A DNA stretch of 64,000 nucleotides from Elusimicrobia bacterium GWA2_51_34 (GCA_001799565.1 MGTS01000002.1:6645-70644); one strand, 5' to 3'; positions 48,230 to 57,554 are shown, counted from the stretch's first letter. Numbers and translations are program-made. The notes: generated from the sequence alone by a model not told the origin.

Positions 48230-49000
48230 CTAAAAATCCAGTTTCAACCCTACGGGGCAGTGATCGGAACCCTGTACCTGCGGCAGTATGAAGGCCTCTT
48301 TAACCAGGTTCTTTTTTTCCCCGTTTATGAAAAAGTAGTCCAGGCGCCAGCCCACATTGCGCTCACGGGCGCGTGTTTTGTAATCCCACCAGGTATAATT
48401 ACCCGGCTCAGGATGCAAAGACCGGAAAGTATCCGTCCAGCCCATGGCGGTTATCTTATCAAGCCAGGCGCGCTCAATCGGCATGAAGCCGGAATTGTTT
48501 TCGTTCTCTTTAGGGCGGGCAAGGTCTATGGGGTTGTGAGCGGTGTTGATATCGCCGCAGAAGACTACGGCCTTGCCGGTTCCGCGCAGGGCCTCAATGT
48601 GGTTAAGAAATGCCGCGTAAAAATCCAGTTTATAGGCCAGCCTTTCCGGACCCTGCCCGCCGTTTGGGAAATAGACATTCAGCAGGTAAAAGGCGGGGTA
48701 TTCAAGCGTTATCACCCTGCCCTCCGGATCAAACCGGGCATCGCCGAAACCTTTTGAAACGGCCAGCGGCCCGCCGCTGAAGAAAGCGGCCACGCCGCTG
48801 TAACCTTTGCGTCCGGCGCTGTTCCATTGCGACTTGTAGCCTGGCGCCGCCGCATCGCCGGGGCCCAGTTGTTCAGGGGAAACTTTTGTTTCCTGCAGGC
48901 CCAGTATGTCGGGTTTCTCGGCTAAAAGAAAATCTTTGAAGCCCTTTTTTAATATGGCCCGGTAGCCGTTAACATTCCAGGATAAAAGTTTAATGGACAT
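48230..49000 (-). CDS. xth: Exodeoxyribonuclease III
   Basis: SWNVNG, LQETK, GDINTAH, GWRLDY, SDHCP. Confidence 0.95.
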   Translation of the reverse strand: MSIKLLSWNVNGYRAILKKGFKDFLLAEKPDILGLQETKVSPEQLGPGDAAAPGYKSQWNSAGRKGYSGVAAFFSGGPLAVSKGFGDARFDPEGRVITLEYPAFYLLNVYFPNGGQGPERLAYKLDFYAAFLNHIEALRGTGKAVVFCGDINTAHNPIDLARPKENENNSGFMPIERAWLDKITAMGWTDTFRSLHPEPGNYTWWDYKTRARERNVGWRLDYFFINGEKKNLVKEAFILPQVQGSDHCPVGLKLDF

Positions 49001-49117
49001 AGGTTAGATGTGTAGCAATTTGGACGCATAGCAATTTAGAGGCATAGCAGTTTAGAGGGTTCAGGTATCCCAAGTTGCCTTGCCTCCATATTGCTATGCA
49101 TCTAAGTCGCTATGCCT

Positions 49118-50641
49118 CTACTTATTGAGCGCCTCGTGCACCGCTTCCGACATGGTGGGGTGGGCGTAAATTATTTCTTGCAGGTCCGCGCGCTTCAGTT
49201 TCATTTTAACCGCCAGCGCTATAAGATGTATCAGTTCCGTGGCCGGGCCGCCTACTATCTGCGCGCCCAGCACGGTTTCGTCCCCGGCGTCAAACACCAG
49301 CTGCACAAAACCTTCCGTATCACCGGTGGCGATCGCCTTGCCGATGCCCGCAAAAAATGCCCTTGAGGTTTTCACCGCTATGCCACTTGCTTGTGCCTGC
49401 GCAATGTTCAAGCCCACCGTGCCTACTTCCGGCCAGGCGTAAACGCATTTAGGCGCTATGCCGGCGTCAAAAGTTTTTTTGGCGCCGAAAATATTTTCGG
49501 CCGCTATTTCTCCCTGGCGGGTAGCGGAATGCGCCAGCGTGGAAATTCCGTTGATATCGCCCACGGCGTAAATATCATCCGAGGCGGTTTGCATAAACTC
49601 GTTTACTTTAACGCCTTTTCCGTTCCATTCAAGCCCCAGCGTTTCAAGCCCCATTCCAGACAGGTCCGCAACTCGTCCCGCGCCTACCAGTATTTCTTCC
49701 GCTTTAAGCTGCGTTCCATCTTCCAGCGTTACGGTTTTAAGGCCACGCGAAATTTCAAGTTTAACCGCCTTTTTTCCGAAGTGGAACTTGACGCCGCGTT
49801 TTTCAAATGAGGAGCGCACCGCGCGCGTCACCTGCGGATCTTCTCCCGCAAGAATGTCCGGCAGAAGTTCTAAAACACTTGCTTCAACACCCATTGCGTT
49901 AAAGAAACACGCGAATTCAAGCCCTATCACGCCGCCGCCCACTATAAGGATGGAGCCCGGCAGGCGCGGCAGATCAAATATCCGGTCGGAATCAGTAAGC
50001 TGCGCTTTGAATTCCGCGAAAGGTGCTGGAAAACCGGGCCTGGTTCCGGCGGCAAGCACCGCGGCGTCAAACCGTTTTTTTATGGGGCCTGCCCCGCCCT
50101 TTTGGCACAGGGAGTGTGGCTTAATCCCTCCAGCTATATTTCCCGCACCAGCAGATTGCCCCAAAAGAGCGGGGCCCTGAGGTGTAGCCCCACCACCCGC
50201 TTGCCCGACTTTGTCGGGTCCTCCCGGCCCCGAAGCGGGTGGTGGGGTAGTTATTGTAGCTTCGCCTTTTCCGGTGAAGGCGGCCCTGCCGCGTATCACC
50301 TCGATTTTTTTAGTCTGAAAAAGTTTTTCAAGCGAAGCGCGCAGTTTAAGCACCACAGTGGAGCGGCGGGCTTTCACTTTTTCCCAGTCCAGCATGGAGG
50401 GGGAAAAACCGGCGTCAGAGCCGTCTTTCAGCAGTTCGCGCAGGCCTTCAAAGGCGTGCACGCGGCGGCCTGTGTCTAAAAAAGTTTTTGAGGGAATACA
50501 ACCGCGGTTGAGGCAGGTGCCGCCGAAATCACGGGCTTCAACTATTGAGACTTCCGCGCCCAGTTCTTTAAGGCGCAGCGCCGCCGGGTAGCCGCCGGGG
50601 CCGGAACCTATCACTATTACTCTTTTAGACATTTTTTCCAC
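49118..50641 (-). CDS. lpdA: Dihydrolipoamide dehydrogenase with an approx. 50-aa insertion
   Basis: GSGPGG, GGTCLNRGCIPSK, HPTMSE; near the gcv operon. Confidence 0.93.
   Translation of the reverse strand: MEKMSKRVIVIGSGPGGYPAALRLKELGAEVSIVEARDFGGTCLNRGCIPSKTFLDTGRRVHAFEGLRELLKDGSDAGFSPSMLDWEKVKARRSTVVLKLRASLEKLFQTKKIEVIRGRAAFTGKGEATITTPPPASGPGGPDKVGQAGGGATPQGPALLGQSAGAGNIAGGIKPHSLCQKGGAGPIKKRFDAAVLAAGTRPGFPAPFAEFKAQLTDSDRIFDLPRLPGSILIVGGGVIGLEFACFFNAMGVEASVLELLPDILAGEDPQVTRAVRSSFEKRGVKFHFGKKAVKLEISRGLKTVTLEDGTQLKAEEILVGAGRVADLSGMGLETLGLEWNGKGVKVNEFMQTASDDIYAVGDINGISTLAHSATRQGEIAAENIFGAKKTFDAGIAPKCVYAWPEVGTVGLNIAQAQASGIAVKTSRAFFAGIGKAIATGDTEGFVQLVFDAGDETVLGAQIVGGPATELIHLIALAVKMKLKRADLQEIIYAHPTMSEAVHEALNK
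50091..50247. repeat. Two palindromic elements inserted in frame in lpdA
   Basis: IR 50091-50105/50161-50175 (1 mismatch) and perfect IR 50188-50202/50233-50247. Confidence 0.85.
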
Positions 50642-50705
50642 CTACCTTGATACTAGTGATTTTGCCTATGGCCTATGGCTTAAAGCTTATGGCAAACGAT
50701 TAGCT

Positions 50706-51986
50706 CTATTCATGGATGTAATTAAAAAACAGTTCATTAAGCGATTTGAGCGCGGCGGTAAGTTTTCCATTAAGCGTTGTTGAAAGCGCAGGTGTAATTT
50801 CCGGTCTTGCCAGCGGCCCGATGGCAGCTAGCTTTAGACCATTCGGCCCGATCTTCGCTTCAAGGCGCGAATTGACGGAGCGCGCGGCGCTGTCAAAGGC
50901 CAGGTCCGCGCTCAGATTAATAAAATTTGAGTCTAGCTTTATATCCTTGAAGGAGATTGCCGAGTTTCTAAAACTGAAAGCGGCTTTTAGTCTTTGGACT
51001 TCTATGTCGTATATACGCGGCACCGGCTTGCCCATCACGGCGGAAAAAAGTTCAAGGCCTTTGGTCAGCGTTTGTCTGGCGGAGTTTTCGCTTCCCGGGA
51101 TATAAAGGTTTTCCGCCTCCAGCCGCGCGGAGTAATTTTTTTCCCTGGTTTTAGAACGCATATTAAAAAGTTCACAGTCAGCCCGGAGTGCGGCCAGCGT
51201 GATGGCGCCGTAAGAGGCGTTGTCCGCCTCAAATGAACCCTTGAGCGAGGTCAGCCCGCCGTAGTCAAAGTTGGCGCTGGTTTTAAAGCTGACTCCGGAA
51301 CTTAACAGTTTTCCCGCCACGGCGCTTTTCAGCAGACCTTCAAATTCGGCGGTATAATTCCCGCCGGACGAAGAATAGTGCAGCAACCTGAGATTGGAGT
51401 TTTCGAACGTGAAATCCCGCCCTGAAGTGCCCATGCTCACCTCAAGCCGGGCGTTTTCAAGCGCCAGCTCTCCGGTGTTCCATGTAACATAAAGGCCCTG
51501 TGTGGTTTTAGGCAGCAGGGCCAGCAGGTCTTCAAAATCCCAGCGGCCGGCGTTTTCCCGCAGTTTGAATACGGGGTCTATAAAACTGACTTTCGCGAAA
51601 TAAACCCGCTTTTTTAACAGCGCGCGCAACTCGGGGCGGATTACGGTCCGGCGGGCGCAGAAAAATTCTCCGGCCTTAAAAGAAGGCCGCCTTGAAACAC
51701 AGACGTTTTCAATGATCACGCCTTTTAAGGGAGAGAATGATATTCGCTTGAACCGTATTTCCCTGCCCAGTTTTTGGCCGGCAGTGGAATTTATCCGTTC
51801 TGTGAGGTAAGTCGAAAATTGTTTATATTTGACATGAACGAACAACGCCCCGCCCAAACAAATCAGCAAGAACACAGCCGCGATAATTTTTGAAAGCCGT
51901 GTTTTAACCCCACCACCCGGACGCCCGCCTGCGGCGGGCGTTGCAGATGAGGCGTCTTTGTCCGCCTGTCCGGGTGGTGGGATCAT
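50706..51986 (-). CDS. AsmA-like envelope protein
   Basis: TM anchor, LGREI, P.F.L.E..GRWDFEDL, C-terminal GPLARP. Confidence 0.65.
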   Translation of the reverse strand: MIPPPGQADKDASSATPAAGGRPGGGVKTRLSKIIAAVFLLICLGGALFVHVKYKQFSTYLTERINSTAGQKLGREIRFKRISFSPLKGVIIENVCVSRRPSFKAGEFFCARRTVIRPELRALLKKRVYFAKVSFIDPVFKLRENAGRWDFEDLLALLPKTTQGLYVTWNTGELALENARLEVSMGTSGRDFTFENSNLRLLHYSSSGGNYTAEFEGLLKSAVAGKLLSSGVSFKTSANFDYGGLTSLKGSFEADNASYGAITLAALRADCELFNMRSKTREKNYSARLEAENLYIPGSENSARQTLTKGLELFSAVMGKPVPRIYDIEVQRLKAAFSFRNSAISFKDIKLDSNFINLSADLAFDSAARSVNSRLEAKIGPNGLKLAAIGPLARPEITPALSTTLNGKLTAALKSLNELFFNYIHE

Positions 51987-52056
51987 GGTTCTATTATAGA
52001 CAACCCCGCCGCCCGCGCGCAAATCGGAGACACCGGACGTAGCGATTTTTTTAAAA

Positions 52057-52181
52057 TGTCATGGTAGCGGCAAGTAGAAATGTCATGGTTTGAGGTAAAC
52101 TAACCCTTCAGGCACCTAGCCGGGAGGGATTTAATGGAGCAACTAACCATGTATTCGAAAGCAGAAATGACACAAACATAA
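52057..52181 (+). mobile_element. Possible IS left-end remnant (IS1202/ISNCY-like)
   Basis: Starts TGT, direct repeat TGTCATGGT at 52057 and 52081, GGGAGG RBS, then MEQLTM and an early stop. Confidence 0.4.
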
Positions 52182-52472
52182 AAGGTCGAAAAACATGATA
52201 AAAAGTGAAGAAAGAAAAACAGTCAAGGCTAATCATCGGAAGCTTTATCTTAAAACCTGGGCTAAATCACCTTGGCTTGCCTGCGGAACTCCCGGTATTT
52301 AAGTCGGCGCCCAAAGTTCAGCAAATTTGCGGTCCACCGGACGATGACTGCCAACTTGATCTGTGGGCTGACTTATACGAAGAAATAAACCCCGCCTCCG
52401 ACAACTAACTCCCGTACTCCGCCAAGCGGCCGGAAAGCTACGTAAAAATTTAATAAAAACACCCCGCTTTTG

Positions 52473-52506
52473 GGCCGTCTGATGCGCATCGCGCTCGATA
52501 CGGCAC
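52473..52506 (+). repeat. 34-nt structured repeat, copy 3
   Basis: GGCCGTCTGAT-GCGC ATC GCGC-TCGAT-ACGGCAC. Confidence 0.8.
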
Positions 52507-52644
52507 GGCCATAGGCCAGTATTATAGCGAGAGGGGAAGACTTTTTACAAATTTTTCAGGAGGCCGGAAGCTTCAGGCAGGGGGGAAACTGACGATAACG
52601 GACCTTACGTACTACAGATAAAACAGGTCTTTTCCTTTTATCAA

Positions 52645-53334
52645 TTATTTCTCAATGGTATCTATCCATCCATTGCAACTGCCATCAAGCATGTTTTCAA
52701 CAGAATCAAATCCGCCTAAGACCCCCGACTTTTCCAGTTTTGAAAGCAGTTCGTTTTCTCTTCCCTGAAATTGCTTAAGCTTGGAGGAATGGAATTCAAT
52801 GTAGAATCTATCAACATATTTTATCGTTCCATCGGCAAACATTTTATCTAAAACTTCATACTCCGCACCTTCGATATCCAAACTTATAATTATGAAATCA
52901 TTTACGGAAAACTTGCGACATAGCCATTGGCCGAAATCAAATGATTCCACAGTTATCGTTTTTGGCTGCTTAATCGTGCGGTTGTTATACAAGCTGCTTG
53001 TTGAGTCATATTTTGATAAAATAAATTCCACGGTTCCATTTTTATTCCATATCGCCTTGTTTATGACAGTGATGCCGGGCATTCTTTTCAGATTTTTAAT
53101 TTTATAAGGGTTCGCTTCGATTGCAAATATTTTCCAGGGATATTTTTTATATAAACCGGTTTTTTGAAATGCCAATAAGCTTTCTCCATTATGCGCTCCC
53201 CCGTCAATAAAAATATATTTTTTTGTTCTGGGCCCTGCATAATACCAGATGGAAATAAATAATATTACTAATGTGAATAATATTGTCATTGCATGCTTTT
53301 TAATGTTTTTAAAAGTGTCTTTGTGCCGGAACAT
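52645..53334 (-). CDS. FkbM family methyltransferase with N-terminal TM, AT-rich
   Basis: FIDGGAHNG, IEANP, NKAIW, LDIEGAE, IEFH. Confidence 0.88.
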   Translation of the reverse strand: MFRHKDTFKNIKKHAMTILFTLVILFISIWYYAGPRTKKYIFIDGGAHNGESLLAFQKTGLYKKYPWKIFAIEANPYKIKNLKRMPGITVINKAIWNKNGTVEFILSKYDSTSSLYNNRTIKQPKTITVESFDFGQWLCRKFSVNDFIIISLDIEGAEYEVLDKMFADGTIKYVDRFYIEFHSSKLKQFQGRENELLSKLEKSGVLGGFDSVENMLDGSCNGWIDTIEK

Positions 53335-53463
53335 AGTTCCTCTTGTGGTTTTCTATTAGGGCTATGCACTTGATGCGACTATGCCCTGTGCGTTACGATT
53401 TGACAACTAAACTATGGGAACTGAGGCGACTTGCACGGCCTGTTGTGCAAGGGCCGCATTGGG

Positions 53464-53595
53464 GGGGACGCTGCTTACTTTCTTACTTATTTTAAAATGC
53501 CGCTTTGTAATCCTTGGTTAATTTTATGGCAACTTAAATCTTTTTGTCCTTCCGCTCACTGATCCACAACAAGTAAGAAAGTAAGCAGCGTCCCC
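53464..53595. repeat. MITE/REP-like element with perfect 25-bp terminal inverted repeats
   Basis: GGGGACGCTGCTTACTTTCTTACTT (53464-53488) / AAGTAAGAAAGTAAGCAGCGTCCCC (53571-53595). Confidence 0.85.
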
Positions 53596-53936
53596 TGTCA
53601 CCCACCTATCTGCGGCTGATGGCCACTGACAGGTGGTGGGGGCACCCCACCACCTGTTTGCCCGTTTTGCTCCGGTTTAAGTGGATAATCAGGTGGTGGC
53701 ATCATAATCTTATTATAGACAAGAACCGCCCGCGGTGGAAATAGCCCCCGCCCAGCTCTTTTGTCTTAGAGCTTCAACAGACAGGTTTGAACATGGCGTA
53801 TAGAACTTTACCTCAATTTTATAAAAAATATTCCCGCCTTTGTGTTACAGCGATATGGGCAAGTTTTTCAGGCGGTTGGGAACGTTAGGACTTGGGATAA
53901 CTTACGGTAAGCGGCCTTATGCCTGCAACTTTCAGG

Positions 53937-54443
53937 CTAAACCACCAGTTCGGCGAGTGTTTTGTTTGTACCGTATTCCAATATTTTTATTTCCGTGGAA
54001 TTTTTTCCAAGGGCTTTTTCCCATTCGCCGGCCATGATAGCCAACAGCTGTTCCTGCTGCGGCCGGGAGAGGTTGTTGTACCGCTGGTCCACATAAACGC
54101 ATAAGGTGTCGCCCTTATAGTTGATATCAGCCACCCCGACAGCGCTAAGCTCTTTCGCCCCTTTTTCTTTTATCTTCTGTATCGTGTCGTACTTAATGCT
54201 GTCGGAGATATTACTGATCTGGACCAGAGCGTCCGCGGAATTATCGGAATTTGAATGCATGGCGGTCTTGCCGGCTATGGTAAGCGCAAGAACCGCAAAG
54301 AATATTTTCAGCAGTGGCGAACCCGGTTTCCCGGCGACACCGGATTCTGTCCTGGCGCCAAGCTGCGCATTGCACCTGGGGCATACTTTCTCGTTCTTAT
54401 CCACTTCCTTCAAGCACTTATAGCACTTTTTATCCGTACTCAT
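53937..54443 (-). CDS. Zinc-ribbon membrane-anchored hypothetical protein
   Basis: CxxC...CPxC followed by a TM. Confidence 0.7.
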   Translation of the reverse strand: MSTDKKCYKCLKEVDKNEKVCPRCNAQLGARTESGVAGKPGSPLLKIFFAVLALTIAGKTAMHSNSDNSADALVQISNISDSIKYDTIQKIKEKGAKELSAVGVADINYKGDTLCVYVDQRYNNLSRPQQEQLLAIMAGEWEKALGKNSTEIKILEYGTNKTLAELVV

Positions 54444-54634
54444 AGCGGTTGCCTTTTAATCATGATGTAATCGTAGAACTGCAGGAACATTATATAACAC
54501 AATTGGGCCGGTGAAAGCGGCGGCCGCCGCCCCGCCGGTCATGCCGTGCCCGCCAGGGGGGCCACAAGTTTAAACATTGTATGGCTGGAAGCTTGAGGTA
54601 TGGGGGGGACTAACCCGAATCCTGCAATGATAAC

Positions 54635-54946
54635 TTACCCTGTATTTTCCGCGGACTTCAGTATTTCGTCCGAAATAGCTTTGATCTGGTCTGAGTCTTT
54701 AAAGGCAAGCTTATAAGTAAAATATCCGCTGCGATCTTTCTCCGCTTCGGTTACCAGCGCGCGTATATCCTCGTAATCATTGCCGCCAAGCTCAAAGCAC
54801 AGCGCCGCCATCCTGCCTTTATTAATTTCAAATCTGCTCATTAATTCCGCGCCTTCGGGCCAGAGCCGGACCAGCCTGCCCCAGAGCGGCGGCGTATCCT
54901 GCGAGGTTATTATAACGGTTGGAATGTAACTTTTACTTCGGTTCAT
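54635..54946 (-). CDS. Hypothetical protein, possibly degenerate PilZ-like fold
   Basis: Size and strand pattern (GRL..L...GA.L...I.A.V...Y.L.F) recall PilZ; c-di-GMP motifs absent. Confidence 0.4.
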   Translation of the reverse strand: MNRSKSYIPTVIITSQDTPPLWGRLVRLWPEGAELMSRFEINKGRMAALCFELGGNDYEDIRALVTEAEKDRSGYFTYKLAFKDSDQIKAISDEILKSAENTG

Positions 54947-56069
54947 TTTCAGAAAATACCAGCCCGGTTCCGTTGTCCTCCGCGGTAAACCATATCTTGC
55001 CGTTTTTTGAGGCCAGCCCTGTTATCTTAAGCGATTTTCGGGAGTATTGTTTTATTTCCGAACTTGAAAGCAGTGTGTCCGGCCGGCCAAGGGGCATTTT
55101 CACCAAAGCTTTAAGGCCCGGGTCGGCGGCCCATAAAAAACGGGTATCGCAGGCGAAAGCCGCGATCTTTTTCCCCGGGTAAGGATAGCGGTCAAGTTCG
55201 GTAAGGCTGTCGTTCGGCAGACATTTTGAAAGGGTATTATTGTTGTAGGCGATCCAGAAGTATAACCCGTCGTGGCAGATGCCGGCGATGTCGGCGCGGT
55301 CGGTTTTAATTTTAGCCAGCAGTTTTAAACCGGCGGTTTTCAGTCTTTTTTCTATCACCCCTGAAGCGGTTTGCAGCCAGAGGGCGTCCGGTGAAGCGGT
55401 AAGTCCCGCCGGTGTTTCCTCCGGCAGGCTGGCTACGCTTTTTATGCTGAAATCAGAAGCGTTGTGCGTGTACAGGGCCTGGGTGTACCAGTCGCTTATA
55501 ACCAGGCTGTCGCCTTCGGGGGCTATCCCGGTGGGATGGGAGTAGGGCAGGCGTATTTCCGCGGGCGGCGGCTGAGGGCGGTTATATTCTCTTGAAGCAA
55601 AAAACCAGCCTGCGGCCATGCCGACAGCCAGCGCCGCCAGTATGCCTGAAATAACCAGCGCGTTTTTTTTCTTCTCAAGAGCTTCTCCGTCAATTACAAG
55701 CGGCGTACCATCCAGATTCAGGGTTTTTTTATAAACGGGGCGCAGTTCCTCCTCGGTCCAGGGACTTTGAACGCAGTCAAAAGCGCCCAGTTTCATAAGC
55801 GCCACGGCCCTGGAGGCGTCGCGGTTTTTGAGCAGAACCACAAGCGGCAAAAAGGGGGCTATTCGTTTGAGTTCCCGCAGTTTTATTTCAGAGGGCGGGT
55901 CCTCCGAGTCAACCAGGAATACGGCCTTAGGCCGGACCTTCTCAAAAATTGAAAGGGTGTCGTTCAAATCCAATGAAAATACGGCGTCGGCGCCCAGGTT
56001 TTTGAATATATTTGCCAGCACCAGGCGGTTCTTTTCGCTGGAGGTTATTATCTGTACAGTGTTGAACAT
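54933..56069 (-). CDS. Degenerate receiver domain + TM + extracytoplasmic beta-propeller
   Basis: AVALMKLGAFDCV.SP receiver-like end, TM, repeated P.G.....LW blades. Confidence 0.65.
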   Translation of the reverse strand: MFNTVQIITSSEKNRLVLANIFKNLGADAVFSLDLNDTLSIFEKVRPKAVFLVDSEDPPSEIKLRELKRIAPFLPLVVLLKNRDASRAVALMKLGAFDCVQSPWTEEELRPVYKKTLNLDGTPLVIDGEALEKKKNALVISGILAALAVGMAAGWFFASREYNRPQPPPAEIRLPYSHPTGIAPEGDSLVISDWYTQALYTHNASDFSIKSVASLPEETPAGLTASPDALWLQTASGVIEKRLKTAGLKLLAKIKTDRADIAGICHDGLYFWIAYNNNTLSKCLPNDSLTELDRYPYPGKKIAAFACDTRFLWAADPGLKALVKMPLGRPDTLLSSSEIKQYSRKSLKITGLASKNGKIWFTAEDNGTGLVFSENEPK

Positions 56070-56167
56070 AAGCAAGTCACAAGACACAGGTCACAAGTCA
56101 CAAGTAACGGCTCCGCATCCACCGACTGTCCACTAGCCACTGATCACTAGCCACTGTCCACTGACCA

Positions 56168-57478
56168 CTATTTATCCGATGGCGGAGGAGCCGGGATGGT
56201 GAAAATGGCTCCCTCCAGCGGCAGGCCTTTTGAAATGTATTTTTCATTGGACTGGTAGACCCTTTCCCAGAGGTTCGGGTTGCCGTAGTATTTTGAGGCT
56301 ATGGACCTTAAGGTCTCGCCGGCTTCTACTTTGTGGAGCCGGGGCCATTTCTCCGGCGGCGGGGGGACATATTTTTTCACGGGTTTCGGTTTTTCCTTCC
56401 GGCCTTGCGCTTCCAGAATTTCCAGTTCCAGGTTCCTCAATTGTCCTTCCGCGCCGCGCAGGCGGGTCTGCATCATGGTCAGATCCGTTCCAAGCACGCC
56501 TTTATTGACGCGGTAGGTTTCAACCGAGGTCCGAAGTCTGTCTTCCTGAGCGCGCAGGTCGTTTATCTGGGTTTTAAGTTCTTCCGCTTTTCTGCCGGCC
56601 TCTCCCACCAGTTTTTCGCTGAAGGAGGGCGAGCCGAAACGGTAAGACGCGCCCATCCCGTAAAAACCCGCCTGCTGGTTAAAGCCTTTCCAGGGCAGGG
56701 ACCAGGTAAAGTCTATGGTCAGAGGCAGAGCGTTCACGCCAAGACCCAGCGCCAGGTAGTCGGCCCCGTTAAGGGTAAAACCCTTACCAGCCCTTGCCTG
56801 AAGCAGGCCGTTAAAAAGATCTCTTTCAGCGCCCATAAAAAACTCGGAATAGGCCCCGCGCGCGCGCAGGTCCATGGCAAAAATGGTGCCGCCGTACCGG
56901 TAGGAATTGCCCAGTGTTATGGTTGCAAGCGCGCGCCCAAGCCCCATAACAACGTCGGTTAAAACCAGGGAGGTTTTAAGACCGGAATTGGATTCCAACA
57001 GAAGGCCGCCGTCAAAGCCAAGGCCTAAATGGCTTTTTTGCGCGTAGCGCAGGCTTACCAGCTTTATGCCGCCGCCGTAAAGCAGGGGTTTCTGGAAATA
57101 TTTAATCGTGGTTCTCGCGCCCATTCCAAAAGAAAAAGCGTCGCGGCTGCCAAGCGCCCCCTGCCTTACGGCGTAATAGCCGAAGCCCGCCGTCTGGCTG
57201 GCATTATCCGGCGACGGCCGCGCGTAAACAAAGGCCGTTTCACCCTCGCCCGCAAGGGGGGACAGGCGTCTTCCAAGTGAAAAATCGGTTTCTATATTCG
57301 TAAGGTTAGAGAGCCCGGCCGGGTTGTAAAAAACCGTGTAAGGGTCGTCGGCCACACTTGTAAAAGCTCCGCCCATGGCGTTTTGCCTTGTGCCAGGCAT
57401 AATATAGGTAAGGTCGGCCGCCGGGGCGTTTACTCCCGCGAACAAAAGGCAGAAGATGATGAGCGAAAAATTTTTCAT
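56168..57478 (-). CDS. PorV/PorQ-like barrel fused to coiled coil and LysM domain
   Basis: RQNAMGGAFTSVADD....FYNPAGL, barrel ending YRFG, coiled coil, HKVEAGETLRSIASKYYG...W..Y..N LysM. Confidence 0.8.
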   Translation of the reverse strand: MKNFSLIIFCLLFAGVNAPAADLTYIMPGTRQNAMGGAFTSVADDPYTVFYNPAGLSNLTNIETDFSLGRRLSPLAGEGETAFVYARPSPDNASQTAGFGYYAVRQGALGSRDAFSFGMGARTTIKYFQKPLLYGGGIKLVSLRYAQKSHLGLGFDGGLLLESNSGLKTSLVLTDVVMGLGRALATITLGNSYRYGGTIFAMDLRARGAYSEFFMGAERDLFNGLLQARAGKGFTLNGADYLALGLGVNALPLTIDFTWSLPWKGFNQQAGFYGMGASYRFGSPSFSEKLVGEAGRKAEELKTQINDLRAQEDRLRTSVETYRVNKGVLGTDLTMMQTRLRGAEGQLRNLELEILEAQGRKEKPKPVKKYVPPPPEKWPRLHKVEAGETLRSIASKYYGNPNLWERVYQSNEKYISKGLPLEGAIFTIPAPPPSDK

Positions 57479-57554
57479 AATCGTCAAATATATTATAATA
57501 AAGAATACTTCAACGGTATTAAGTTAATGTTTCATTTTTTTTAAATTCCGATTC

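Noticed and set aside
52205-52408. 67-aa ORF in the islet
   Set aside because: No recognisable domain or clear RBS; coding status unsupported
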